A stretch of 34,865 nt of DNA, taken from IMG/VR virus record IMGVR_UViG_3300025530_000409, positions 1-34,865 of that record; one strand, written 5' to 3'. Below the pieces are notes generated by a model that was given only the letters and a program-made list of their open reading frames with translations, was not told the origin of the DNA and ran no database searches. Source of the stretch: a virus (taxonomy: Duplodnaviria; Caudoviricetes). How positions within the stretch are numbered: position 1 is the first letter of the stretch; each line of letters starts with the position of its first letter. Shown here piece after piece: positions 1 to 7,621 of the stretch. Both the position numbers and the translations under genes were made by a program.

Positions 1-300
1 TCAATGCCTCGTGGCCCCCGTCGGTGCGCCGCGTCCGCCGATGATCTCGAACAGCCCGACAAGCGCGCAGCTGAACACGTGTGCTGCGTCGGGCGTCGGG
101 TTGCCGCAGCTGTCAGCCGCGACGACGCGGTGACCGTCCTGCTCTAGATGCACGGTCAATTTAGCAGCGTTGGCCCCGGTGTCGGCCGGAACGTCGATAG
201 TGATCCTGGCGGCGCGGCGTCGGTCGAATGTGTGCATGCGGCGGCACTCCTGTATCTGTGTCGGGTCCGGGGGCTCCGCCCCTGGCTCGCATGTCAACAT
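1..300 (-). CDS. Hypothetical protein (true start may be the ATG near 238, MHTFDRR)
   Basis: ORF track; divergent from the mobS-like gene; no recognisable motif. Confidence 0.4.
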   Translation of the reverse strand: MLTCEPGAEPPDPTQIQECRRMHTFDRRRAARITIDVPADTGANAAKLTVHLEQDGHRVVAADSCGNPTPDAAHVFSCALVGLFEIIGGRGAPTGATRH

Positions 301-445
301 TACTTCGCCATAGCGAATAATGTTGACATATAGGCGAGACTAGTTGGGGCAAGATGTCTCTTTCGTCGTCTATAGAGTAGTAGTCGTCGACACTCGTCGC
401 AAGTCGGTACCCTTGTGTTTTGGGACGAGGATTGCATACCTTGTA
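270..445. other. oriT-like region with inverted repeats
   Basis: Hairpin ATGTCAACATTA-C-TTCGC-CATA-GCGAA-TAATGTTGACAT (291-329); GGGGCTCCGCCCC hairpin (~270-282); IR CTCGTCGCAA/TTGGGACGAG (393-402/420-429, 9/10); directly upstream of the mobS-like gene. Confidence 0.45.
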
Positions 446-470
446 GTCAGGACGACAGCATTGGTGTGTC

Positions 471-803
471 ATGAATACAAAATTGTTGACGAATACTGAA
501 TTGGCGGAACGTCTTGCGGCTGCGCGCGAACGTGAGCGCAAGGCACGTGCGGCCGTCGGGCGGCTACAGCGTCGGCTGGCTGCGACGGACCGGAGGCTGG
601 CGGCGCAAATCAAAATCACGCTCGGCGCTGCATTGCTGCGCGCTGTTGATGCCGAGCCTCGGCACGCCGACGCACTGCGGCGGCTGCTGCATCCGCACCT
701 CACGCGGCCGACGGATCGCGATTGCCTGCGCGACACGCCGTTCGCGTTCTCGGAACCTGCGGCCGTGACGAACGAGGCCGCAGAACCCGGCGAGGACGCG
801 TGA
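471..803 (+). CDS. MobS/MobC-like relaxosome accessory (mobilisation) protein
   Basis: N-terminal coiled coil, then DRRLAAQIKITLGAALL and HLTRPTDRDCL, matching the 'RKILLGA...FLTRxxDRxLF' pattern of small mobilisation proteins. Confidence 0.65.
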   Translation: MNTKLLTNTELAERLAAARERERKARAAVGRLQRRLAATDRRLAAQIKITLGAALLRAVDAEPRHADALRRLLHPHLTRPTDRDCLRDTPFAFSEPAAVTNEAAEPGEDA

Positions 804-804
804 C

Positions 805-1305
805 ATGCAGGGCGCGGACGACGCTCTCGGCTTTTTTGAGTCCGGGCACGCCGGACTGCGCGAACTCGCGCGGGAGCGTACCGCGGAGCGTCGCGCTGCG
901 TACCGTGCGACCGCACCCGGCCCGCAGAGCCGATTTCTGCGCGCGTATATACTGTGGAAACTCGCGACAGAGCCTGCACCGCCGCCGCGCGGGCTCGACG
1001 AACTCGACGCGCTATTGATCGCTGCGATCAACGCAGCGGCGGTGCGCACGCTACTAGAACTCTCGGAAACGCTGCGCGGCAGCGGCAGCGTGCAGCGCCG
1101 GACGCTTACCGTGCTCCGTGAGCGCGGCAAACTGGCGCTCGCGGAGCACCCGGGACTCGACGCGCCGGAGCCGGGTTTGCCGCGCGACCTGCCGCTCGCC
1201 GTGCCGCCGGAACTGCGGCTTGCGGGGGAGCGTGGGCCGGAACCCGAGACCGCCTCGGCGGAGCCGTCACCCGACGACGTGCCCGCCGGGATCGGCGTGG
1301 GGTGA
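805..1305 (+). CDS. Hypothetical protein
   Basis: 166-aa ORF tightly packed between the mobS-like and dotA-like genes. Confidence 0.6.
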   Translation: MQGADDALGFFESGHAGLRELARERTAERRAAYRATAPGPQSRFLRAYILWKLATEPAPPPRGLDELDALLIAAINAAAVRTLLELSETLRGSGSVQRRTLTVLRERGKLALAEHPGLDAPEPGLPRDLPLAVPPELRLAGERGPEPETASAEPSPDDVPAGIGVG

Positions 1306-1308
1306 TCC

Positions 1309-4197
1309 GTGATGGCCCGCCCGGTATCGACTCTCGGTCGCGTCGGTCGTGCGGCGGTCGGTGCGCTCGTCGCTGTCGACGCTCCGGCGCGCGCTGTCAG
1401 CGCATCCGTCAGATATCACGGATGGGCGCTCGGCACGCTCTGGCGCCTGGCGCGCACCACCGGCGGCCGTCGTCCGCCCTCGGGCGGCGCAGCGCTTTCT
1501 TTGCGCGGACTCTGGCGCCTGTGGGCGGCTTACGTTGTCGGCGGGGTCGCGTCGCTCTGTGTGGCGATTTTAGCAGCGCCAGGTGCTGCCGCTGGCGACG
1601 TGGGCGCCGTCAACGCGGCAGTCGTCGGCGTCAGTCTCGCCGCGGTTTCGGTTGCGCTGGCGCTGCGCGCGGGCATCGCGCACTGGCAGATGCGCACGGG
1701 CCGGGTCGGCAATTGGTCGGAGTGGATGCGTGAAGGTGCGTACGTCCCGCCGTCGTCGTCGCCCGATGCCGGGCGTGGGCTTGCGTCGTTGCTCGTGCTG
1801 CTCACGACAGTGGCGGCGTTGTTGCCCGTCGCCGGGTTCGCGGCCGCAGCCGCAGTGCCGGGGTCGGCGGAGTCCGACACGGCGCTACGTGCGATCCACT
1901 TGATATTCCCGCGCGACGGCGAGGGGACAGCGTTTACGCGACTGCTGATCGAGCTGTCGACGATCGTGGCTTTCTGCGCGGGCGCTTCGTCGATTTATCA
2001 AATCGTGGCTTCGGTAGTGCACGGAGCGCAAACCGGGCAGACCGCGCTCAATGCGGACGGTGTTTGGTTCGGCCCGTGGGCTATTGTGCGCTACGCAGTT
2101 GCGTTCGGACTGCTCATTCCCGTTGCGGCTACAGGTCTGAGCGGCGGACAGGTAGCCGTGTCGCAACTGCTCGAGTGGTCGAGCAACACCGCGTCCGACC
2201 TCGGTACCGGGTTTGTTGCCGAGGTCTTGGGCGTCGACGAGGACGCCCAGGACGGCCGCAATCCGGCCGGGCATTTCGGAGTCCCACCGACGGTCGGCGG
2301 GCTTGTCGTCGCGCGGCAGGTACTCGAATCCGAGGCTTGCGCGCTGGTCGGCGGGTGGCGGGATGCGGTGTCGCGTGCCATCGAGCAAGGCAGTGAGATC
2401 CGGGTGGATCTCGCTGCCTTGCCGCTGCCGCCGGTCGATGGCGAGGCGCGGGGCGGCCTACGGATCTGGAAATGGCCGGGGCACTGCGGCTCGCTGGCGC
2501 TGCCTCCGGCGGTGGACGGCGACCCGGAGCCGCTGCGGAGCTACCGGCAAGCGCGCATCGACGCGCTGGCGGCTCTGGTGGGGGCGGTCCGCGAAACAGG
2601 GCTCCCGATCCTGCTGACGGCCGGGACGATACCCGGTTCCGGCATTGGGTGGCCCGAGGCCCCGATTCTGCCGCGGCTGCAACTGGCCGCGGACGCTTAC
2701 GACGAGGCCGTAACGGCTGCTGCCGCCGACTATCTCGCCGACAAGCAGACGGACGCCCGAAGTGAGATCGTTGCGGCCGTGCGTGTGCAGGGCTGGACGT
2801 CGCTAGGCTCCGTCTGGCGCACCCTGTCGGCCGCACATAGCGAGGTCGCGGCGCTTGCCGCGGAACCGCCGTCGCGGCGGGAGCCGGATGACTCGCCGTC
2901 GTGGCTGATTGGGACGCGGCTCGGCGAGGATTGGCAGCGGCTGGCTGGGCGACTGAATGAACAATGGAAAACTGAGGCCCGGGAGCCCGAACTCACGGGC
3001 GATCTGCTTGCGGCACCCGGCGACGAGTCGGCTGGAATCGTTGCTCGGCTGCTGAATCCGTTGACGCGGCCGCTTACGGAAATGCTGGTCGGCTGGGCCG
3101 AGATAGACGACGCCGATCCGCTCGGAGACATGATGGCGGCGGGGCATTGGCTGACGGGCGGCGTGGAGGCCGCGATTGCCGCGGGGCTTATTGTAGCGAC
3201 GGCGGCTAAGACCACCCCAGCTGACCTTGCCGGGCTTGATGGAGCGTTTGATTGGGCCTCGGGGTTCGTGCGCCCATGGATCTGGTGGGCGTATGGCCTT
3301 GGCGCTGTGCATGCGTATTTGCTGCCGATGCTGCCGTATATCGCTGTTGTGTTCGGAGCGATCACGTTTCTGTTCGCGCTCGTCGAACTGGCGCTTGCGT
3401 TGCCAATCGTTTGTTTTCTCGCCGTCCGGCTCGACGGCCGAGAACTCGTCCAGGCCGTATTCCGTCCGGCGTTGATTTTGATCGCAAACGCGATCCTGAG
3501 ACCGATCTTCATCGTCGGCGCGCTGATGGCGACATACTACCTGCTGCCGGTCGCGCTGAGTCTGGTTAACCAGAGCTTCGCCGCTGCATTTGTCGGCGGG
3601 CAGGGCGGATTCACACTCGGAATCGGCGGCGTTCTGTCAGCGCTGACGCTGATGACGTGGCTGCAATGGCAGGTCGTCACGCGGATCCTCGCCGCGGTCC
3701 ACGAGATCCCTGATCGAATCCTGGCGTACTGGGGCGGTCAGGGCGGCGAGGCCTCGCGCGAGGGTGCTGCTGTCGGCGCTGCCGTCGGTGCCGCCCTTGG
3801 GGTCGGCGGCCGTCCGGGTGGCGGCGGCTCGGGCGGCGGTGGCGGTGGCTACGGCGGAGACTACGGCGGCGACGATGACGGCGGCGCGCCGGGCGTCGTC
3901 AAGTCCGGCAGCGGCGGTGGCGGCGGCTTTGGCGGCGGCGGCGGCGGTGGCCGTCGTCGAGGCGGCGGGGTGTCGAAGATCCCGCGCGACGGCCCGTCGA
4001 ATGCGTGGTTCCGGCAGTCCGGCGGGCTGAGCGAGCTCGATGCGTGGCAACAAGCGAGCGCCGAGAAATCCTACGCAAAGTGGGCGAAGGCAAAACCGGA
4101 TCTCGCGAAAAAACATGGTTTGGCGGACTACGTCGGCTACGCGCAGTCGCAAGATGCAAGTCGCCGCGGCGGCGGCGGCGGCGGTGACGCTGAATGA
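1309..4197 (+). CDS. DotA/TraY-family type IVB secretion membrane protein with N-terminal IcmV/TraX-like region
   Basis: Polytopic membrane protein with a large periplasmic loop; C-terminal AYLLPMLPYI...VELALALP...ILIANAILRPIFIVG is typical of DotA/TraY; N-terminal ALALRAGIAHWQMRTGRVGNWSEW resembles the IcmV/TraX C-terminus; Gly-rich tail. Confidence 0.8.
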   Translation: MMARPVSTLGRVGRAAVGALVAVDAPARAVSASVRYHGWALGTLWRLARTTGGRRPPSGGAALSLRGLWRLWAAYVVGGVASLCVAILAAPGAAAGDVGAVNAAVVGVSLAAVSVALALRAGIAHWQMRTGRVGNWSEWMREGAYVPPSSSPDAGRGLASLLVLLTTVAALLPVAGFAAAAAVPGSAESDTALRAIHLIFPRDGEGTAFTRLLIELSTIVAFCAGASSIYQIVASVVHGAQTGQTALNADGVWFGPWAIVRYAVAFGLLIPVAATGLSGGQVAVSQLLEWSSNTASDLGTGFVAEVLGVDEDAQDGRNPAGHFGVPPTVGGLVVARQVLESEACALVGGWRDAVSRAIEQGSEIRVDLAALPLPPVDGEARGGLRIWKWPGHCGSLALPPAVDGDPEPLRSYRQARIDALAALVGAVRETGLPILLTAGTIPGSGIGWPEAPILPRLQLAADAYDEAVTAAAADYLADKQTDARSEIVAAVRVQGWTSLGSVWRTLSAAHSEVAALAAEPPSRREPDDSPSWLIGTRLGEDWQRLAGRLNEQWKTEAREPELTGDLLAAPGDESAGIVARLLNPLTRPLTEMLVGWAEIDDADPLGDMMAAGHWLTGGVEAAIAAGLIVATAAKTTPADLAGLDGAFDWASGFVRPWIWWAYGLGAVHAYLLPMLPYIAVVFGAITFLFALVELALALPIVCFLAVRLDGRELVQAVFRPALILIANAILRPIFIVGALMATYYLLPVALSLVNQSFAAAFVGGQGGFTLGIGGVLSALTLMTWLQWQVVTRILAAVHEIPDRILAYWGGQGGEASREGAAVGAAVGAALGVGGRPGGGGSGGGGGGYGGDYGGDDDGGAPGVVKSGSGGGGGFGGGGGGGRRRGGGVSKIPRDGPSNAWFRQSGGLSELDAWQQASAEKSYAKWAKAKPDLAKKHGLADYVGYAQSQDASRRGGGGGGDAE

Positions 4198-4198
4198 C

Positions 4199-4233
4199 GA
4201 GCCTGACCCGGCGCGCAGCGCCGGGTCAGGCTC
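4199..4233 (+). terminator. Perfect 16-bp GC-rich hairpin just after the dotA-like stop
   Basis: GAGCCTGACCCGGCGC-gca-GCGCCGGGTCAGGCTC; no U-tract, so a terminator role is uncertain. Confidence 0.45.
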
Positions 4234-4359
4234 CGACGCGCAGGACCGGCACGGTTCGAGCACGCGTGCCCCTCCCCAGGGAGGGGCAAGCCCCGACAAG
4301 GGGAGGGGGGTTCCGGTGGTCTGCGACGTCTGCTGCACCTTGACGTCGGGCGTCAGCGA

Positions 4360-4520
4360 AAATTCTTAGCGAAATCCTTGCCAAAGATTTGAAATCCTTA
4401 ACAGGAAGAGGACTTCGGTATGTTGACAAGGATTGTGTGATTACTTTTCCTTCGAAATAAATTGTTAAAATCAAGGATTAAAGTTGTTGACCGATACTTA
4501 GTGCGAGCTCAGTATAGACA
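4360..4520 (+). promoter_or_regulatory. AT-rich promoter/operator region with AATCCTT repeats
   Basis: GAAATCCTTG (4371), GAAATCCTTA (4391), inverted CAAGGAT (4427, 4472); TTGACA (4423) and TTGACC-N17-CAGTAT (4487-4515). Confidence 0.5.
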
Positions 4521-4608
4521 CATCAGAGACGGGGCGGCCCCGACTCGCAAGGCAAGCGGAGTGAGAGATGAAGGCTAAGACTTTTAGGCGAAAGATTTCT
4601 GGGAAGAG

Positions 4609-4815
4609 GTGATTTTCGTTCCGATCCAGAATCTTCGGTACAACGGTCGTCCGGTGACGAAGTGGGACGCTCGCCGTTGGACGGACGAGTATCAGAATAT
4701 CACCTATACTGAGGTTTTATTTACCGCGCCTCAGCGAGCGTCAGAGGACCAGGTTGTCGAGAACTATCATGAATGCTTCCAGCCCGACGAAGAAGAGATG
4801 TGGCGGAATTACTGA
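4609..4815 (+). CDS. Small hypothetical protein (may be frameshifted from, or coupled to, a 14-codon ORF at 4568-4612)
   Basis: 68-aa ORF with GTG start overlapping the TGA of MKAKTFRRKISGKR*, which has the better SD (GGAG). Confidence 0.55.
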   Translation: MIFVPIQNLRYNGRPVTKWDARRWTDEYQNITYTEVLFTAPQRASEDQVVENYHECFQPDEEEMWRNY

Positions 4816-4871
4816 CAACAGTGGGGGCCGCCGGGTGGTCGGCGGCCTCCGCTCCACAGGGAGCGCATGAG

Positions 4872-5195
4872 ATGTTGAGATTTTCGGATTTCCGCGACGG
4901 GGTCGGCGGTGTGCTGGTGCGGAGGTGCCTGAAGGTCGACGTGCGAAACTGCCGCGACTGGTGCGAGTTCGCCGACGCGCTGCACACGGATGACGAAGCG
5001 CTGGTCAAAGCCGCCCGCCGGTTCGACGGCATCGCATCGACCGGCGAGCGTGTCGTCTTGCATGCCGCCCTGAGCGCGGGCGGCTTTGGCTGGCTGGCCG
5101 ACGAACTCGGTGCCGATGGCAGCTGGGAGCGGTTGGCTTACCTGACCGGCGACCACCGCATGGCAGTTGTGGCGTGCATCGCGAGGGTCGACTGA
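4872..5195 (+). CDS. Hypothetical protein
   Basis: ATG 4872 with GGAG SD; TGATG coupling to the next ORF. Confidence 0.65.
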   Translation: MLRFSDFRDGVGGVLVRRCLKVDVRNCRDWCEFADALHTDDEALVKAARRFDGIASTGERVVLHAALSAGGFGWLADELGADGSWERLAYLTGDHRMAVVACIARVD

Positions 5196-5494
5196 TGGCG
5201 GATCGTTTTGCTGTTGCTCGCGAGAAGCTGATCGAAGCTTTCGATGCGCTGGAGGCGGCTGAGCGTCGGCATGCACTTGCTGCTGCTGCCGAAGAGGAAA
5301 TTCACCGGCGGATGAACGATTTCACTTTGTCTGCCGACGAACGCCGTCGGGCGTGGCGTGAGGGCGATGCTATCAACGACGAGTTGGATGCAGCTGAAGA
5401 GGCGTTGGAGCGCGCTCAGTCCGAGTTCTCAAGAGCGGGGTTTCGGCTCGGGATGCTGTCGATCGTGAACTCAGCGAAGGAAACACGGAGATAA
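5195..5494 (+). CDS. Hypothetical coiled-coil acidic protein
   Basis: ATG overlaps the upstream stop; helical Ala/Glu-rich sequence. Confidence 0.65.
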   Translation: MADRFAVAREKLIEAFDALEAAERRHALAAAAEEEIHRRMNDFTLSADERRRAWREGDAINDELDAAEEALERAQSEFSRAGFRLGMLSIVNSAKETRR

Positions 5495-5766
5495 CGACGC
5501 AAACACGGATACTCCTGCTCGACGGCGACCGCGAGCACGATATCACCGACCATCCCGACGGCCGGTTCGTTGCCTGCGCGGCAGCGGCGTATCGCGCGTA
5601 CGGAATGACGCCCGAAGAGTTCGCCGACGACCTGCCGCCGGATGACATGGGGCGCGGCGGCATTATGCATTGGGCTGCCGATGCGAGGGTGTCGGACGAC
5701 TGGTCGGTAATCAGGATCGAGGCGGCGTGGTCGGTCGCGCCAGTTGATGAAGGGGGTTGGGTATGA
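5491..5766 (+). CDS. 91-aa acidic hypothetical protein with ATA start (or start-codon-mutated pseudogene); absent from ORF track
   Basis: Open frame (M)TTQTRILLLDGDREHDITDHPDG...EGGWV*; begins at ATAA overlapping the previous TAA, purine-rich AAGGAAACACGGAG upstream, ends in an ATGA overlap with the next ORF. Confidence 0.55.
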   Translation: MTTQTRILLLDGDREHDITDHPDGRFVACAAAAYRAYGMTPEEFADDLPPDDMGRGGIMHWAADARVSDDWSVIRIEAAWSVAPVDEGGWV

Positions 5767-5927
5767 ACGCGTTTTTGCTGCTCGCCGCGCTCGCTGGAAT
5801 CGGCGTTTGCGTGCATCAGATGATCCAGTACGGCCGCCCGGGCAGTCGGTTGCGGTCGGTGGCCTGGGCGGCCGTACTGGTCGCGATTCTGGCGGGGCTA
5901 GTTGTGGCCTTCCCGAGTTTTAGCTAG
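5763..5927 (+). CDS. 54-aa two-helix membrane protein; absent from ORF track
   Basis: MNAFLLLAALAGIGVCVHQMIQYGRPGSRLRSVAWAAVLVAILAGLVVAFPSFS; two hydrophobic segments; ATGA coupling. Confidence 0.6.
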   Translation: MNAFLLLAALAGIGVCVHQMIQYGRPGSRLRSVAWAAVLVAILAGLVVAFPSFS

Positions 5928-6236
5928 AGCGCATCACTGCCCCTTGTTCGACCCTTCTGGAGGGGCGAACTTCCTACCGGGGCGACCCTCGTCCCGACGC
6001 TTCCCGGATCGCCGCGGCGCGCACCGGCGGTCAACTGGCGGTCCGCAGGACCGGGACCGGAGCCGCCCGGAGCCACGCGCAGGCGCCTTTTCGGGGCGCC
6101 GAGCATGGCGAGGATGGCGAGGACCAGCCGGTTGACCGCCGGAAGGGCCGTGGCAGATCCAGGTGTCTTCCTTGAGTAACCGACGGTTAACCGGCTGCCT
6201 CTACGTAGGTTCAGCGGAAAAATAAGCTTACCTTGG

Positions 6237-7220
6237 ATGTCAAAGAAATCTTCCGTCGCTGCCGCCATTCGCTCGCATCGGCAACATCTTAAACTGACCC
6301 AGGCGGAGCTCGCTGGAAGGGCGGGGGTGTCCCGGCCGACTGTGGCGGGCCTGGAAGCCGGGATCGGCCGGTGGGCGTCCCTGTCGGCGGTCCTCGCGGC
6401 ACTTGGATTGCGGCTGGGTGCCTCGGGCCTGCCGCAGCGTGGGGCAGCCCTTGGCGAGCGGCTCGCGGCCGCGCGGCGGCGGCGAGGCTGGTCGGTCGCG
6501 CAGGCGGCGGAACGGGCAGGCCTGTCGTCGCCGACAGTTCGCTCGATCGAGCGGGCTGGGCGCGGGCGGCTGGAAACCCTGTCGACGCTGACGGAGGCGG
6601 TCGGTGGCACGCTGCGGGCTACCTCGGCAACCGCGGCGGGAACGGCGTTCGTCAGCCCCGGCGGGGCGGCGTTCACCTCCGGCAGGGACGAGCATTGGAC
6701 GCCGCCCGCGGTGATCGATGGAATCCTGTGGGCAATGGGGGGCGAACGGTTCACACTGGATCCGTGTTCACCTGGAGCCGACTTGGCACCGACCCAGGTG
6801 GTCCCAGCCGACCGCTATCTGACGAAAGACGACGACGGGCTGGCATTCTCCTGGGGCGGAGCGGGCGCCGTCGTTTATGTCAACCCGCCGTACTCGAGAA
6901 TCGCTGCTTGGGTGGCTAAATGCCGGGCCGAGGCCGCCGCCGGAACACAGGTCGTCGCCCTGGTTCCGGCCCGGACCGAGACCCGCTGGTGGCGCGACCA
7001 TGTGGCCGGGGTGGCTAACGTCGTATTTATGCCCGGCCGCTTGCGGTTCGGCGGCCCGGCTGGGGCAGCGGCCTCGGGCGCTCCGTTCCCTTCGGCGCTG
7101 CTCGCCTGGAGGTGGCCGCCGGAGGCGGTCGGCCGCCTGCTTGAGGCGTTCCCCGGTGCGTGGCTGGCCCCGGCCGATGCGGCAATAGACGTTGGCTTCA
7201 GCGCTCGGAAGGCCGCCTGA
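6237..7220 (+). CDS. Tandem XRE-type HTH domains fused to a phage-type (Dam family) DNA N6-adenine methyltransferase
   Basis: LTQAELAGRAGVSRPTVAGLEAG and WSVAQAAERAGLSSPTVRSIERAG HTHs; DEHWTPP, FTLDPCS, DDGL, VYVNPPYS, LVPARTETRWW, GRLRF and APFPS motifs. Confidence 0.88.
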   Translation: MSKKSSVAAAIRSHRQHLKLTQAELAGRAGVSRPTVAGLEAGIGRWASLSAVLAALGLRLGASGLPQRGAALGERLAAARRRRGWSVAQAAERAGLSSPTVRSIERAGRGRLETLSTLTEAVGGTLRATSATAAGTAFVSPGGAAFTSGRDEHWTPPAVIDGILWAMGGERFTLDPCSPGADLAPTQVVPADRYLTKDDDGLAFSWGGAGAVVYVNPPYSRIAAWVAKCRAEAAAGTQVVALVPARTETRWWRDHVAGVANVVFMPGRLRFGGPAGAAASGAPFPSALLAWRWPPEAVGRLLEAFPGAWLAPADAAIDVGFSARKAA

Positions 7221-7621
7221 GGCGAGTTCCAGGACTCTGGCCCGTCTCCAGGGAAAGCCTCCTGTTGCGTGGGCGATTGTGGATGAGCACGCTGTCGACA
7301 TGGAGCCTTTTTGATGAAGTCGAGTTCAGCGGTAGCCCTTATCTAGCCCGACCACGGCGCGAACTCTGGGAGGTTTGCCGCGACCGGCTGAGTTGGAACG
7401 GGCTTGGAGACGCACCGTGCCTCGGTGGTGCCCTCACAACCACCTGCGACCGCCGTGTGCGTGAGGGGATCAGCCGTCCGCAGGCCATGCATGCTCCGGA
7501 AGCCAGGGGAGCTTCAAACCACTAACCGTCCCCACCATCGTTCCTCGAAAACGGGACGCACGAACATCGAACGGGCGGGGAGCATGCGGCGCTTGCCATT
7601 ATCTTTGGCAGCCTGGGCCGC

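Noticed and set aside
3790-3970. GGC repeats as a standalone tandem repeat element
   Set aside because: Explained by in-frame Gly codons of the DotA-like tail
7160-7620. ORFs in the gap between the MTase and KAP genes
   Set aside because: No convincing SD or motif; they overlap neighbouring genes
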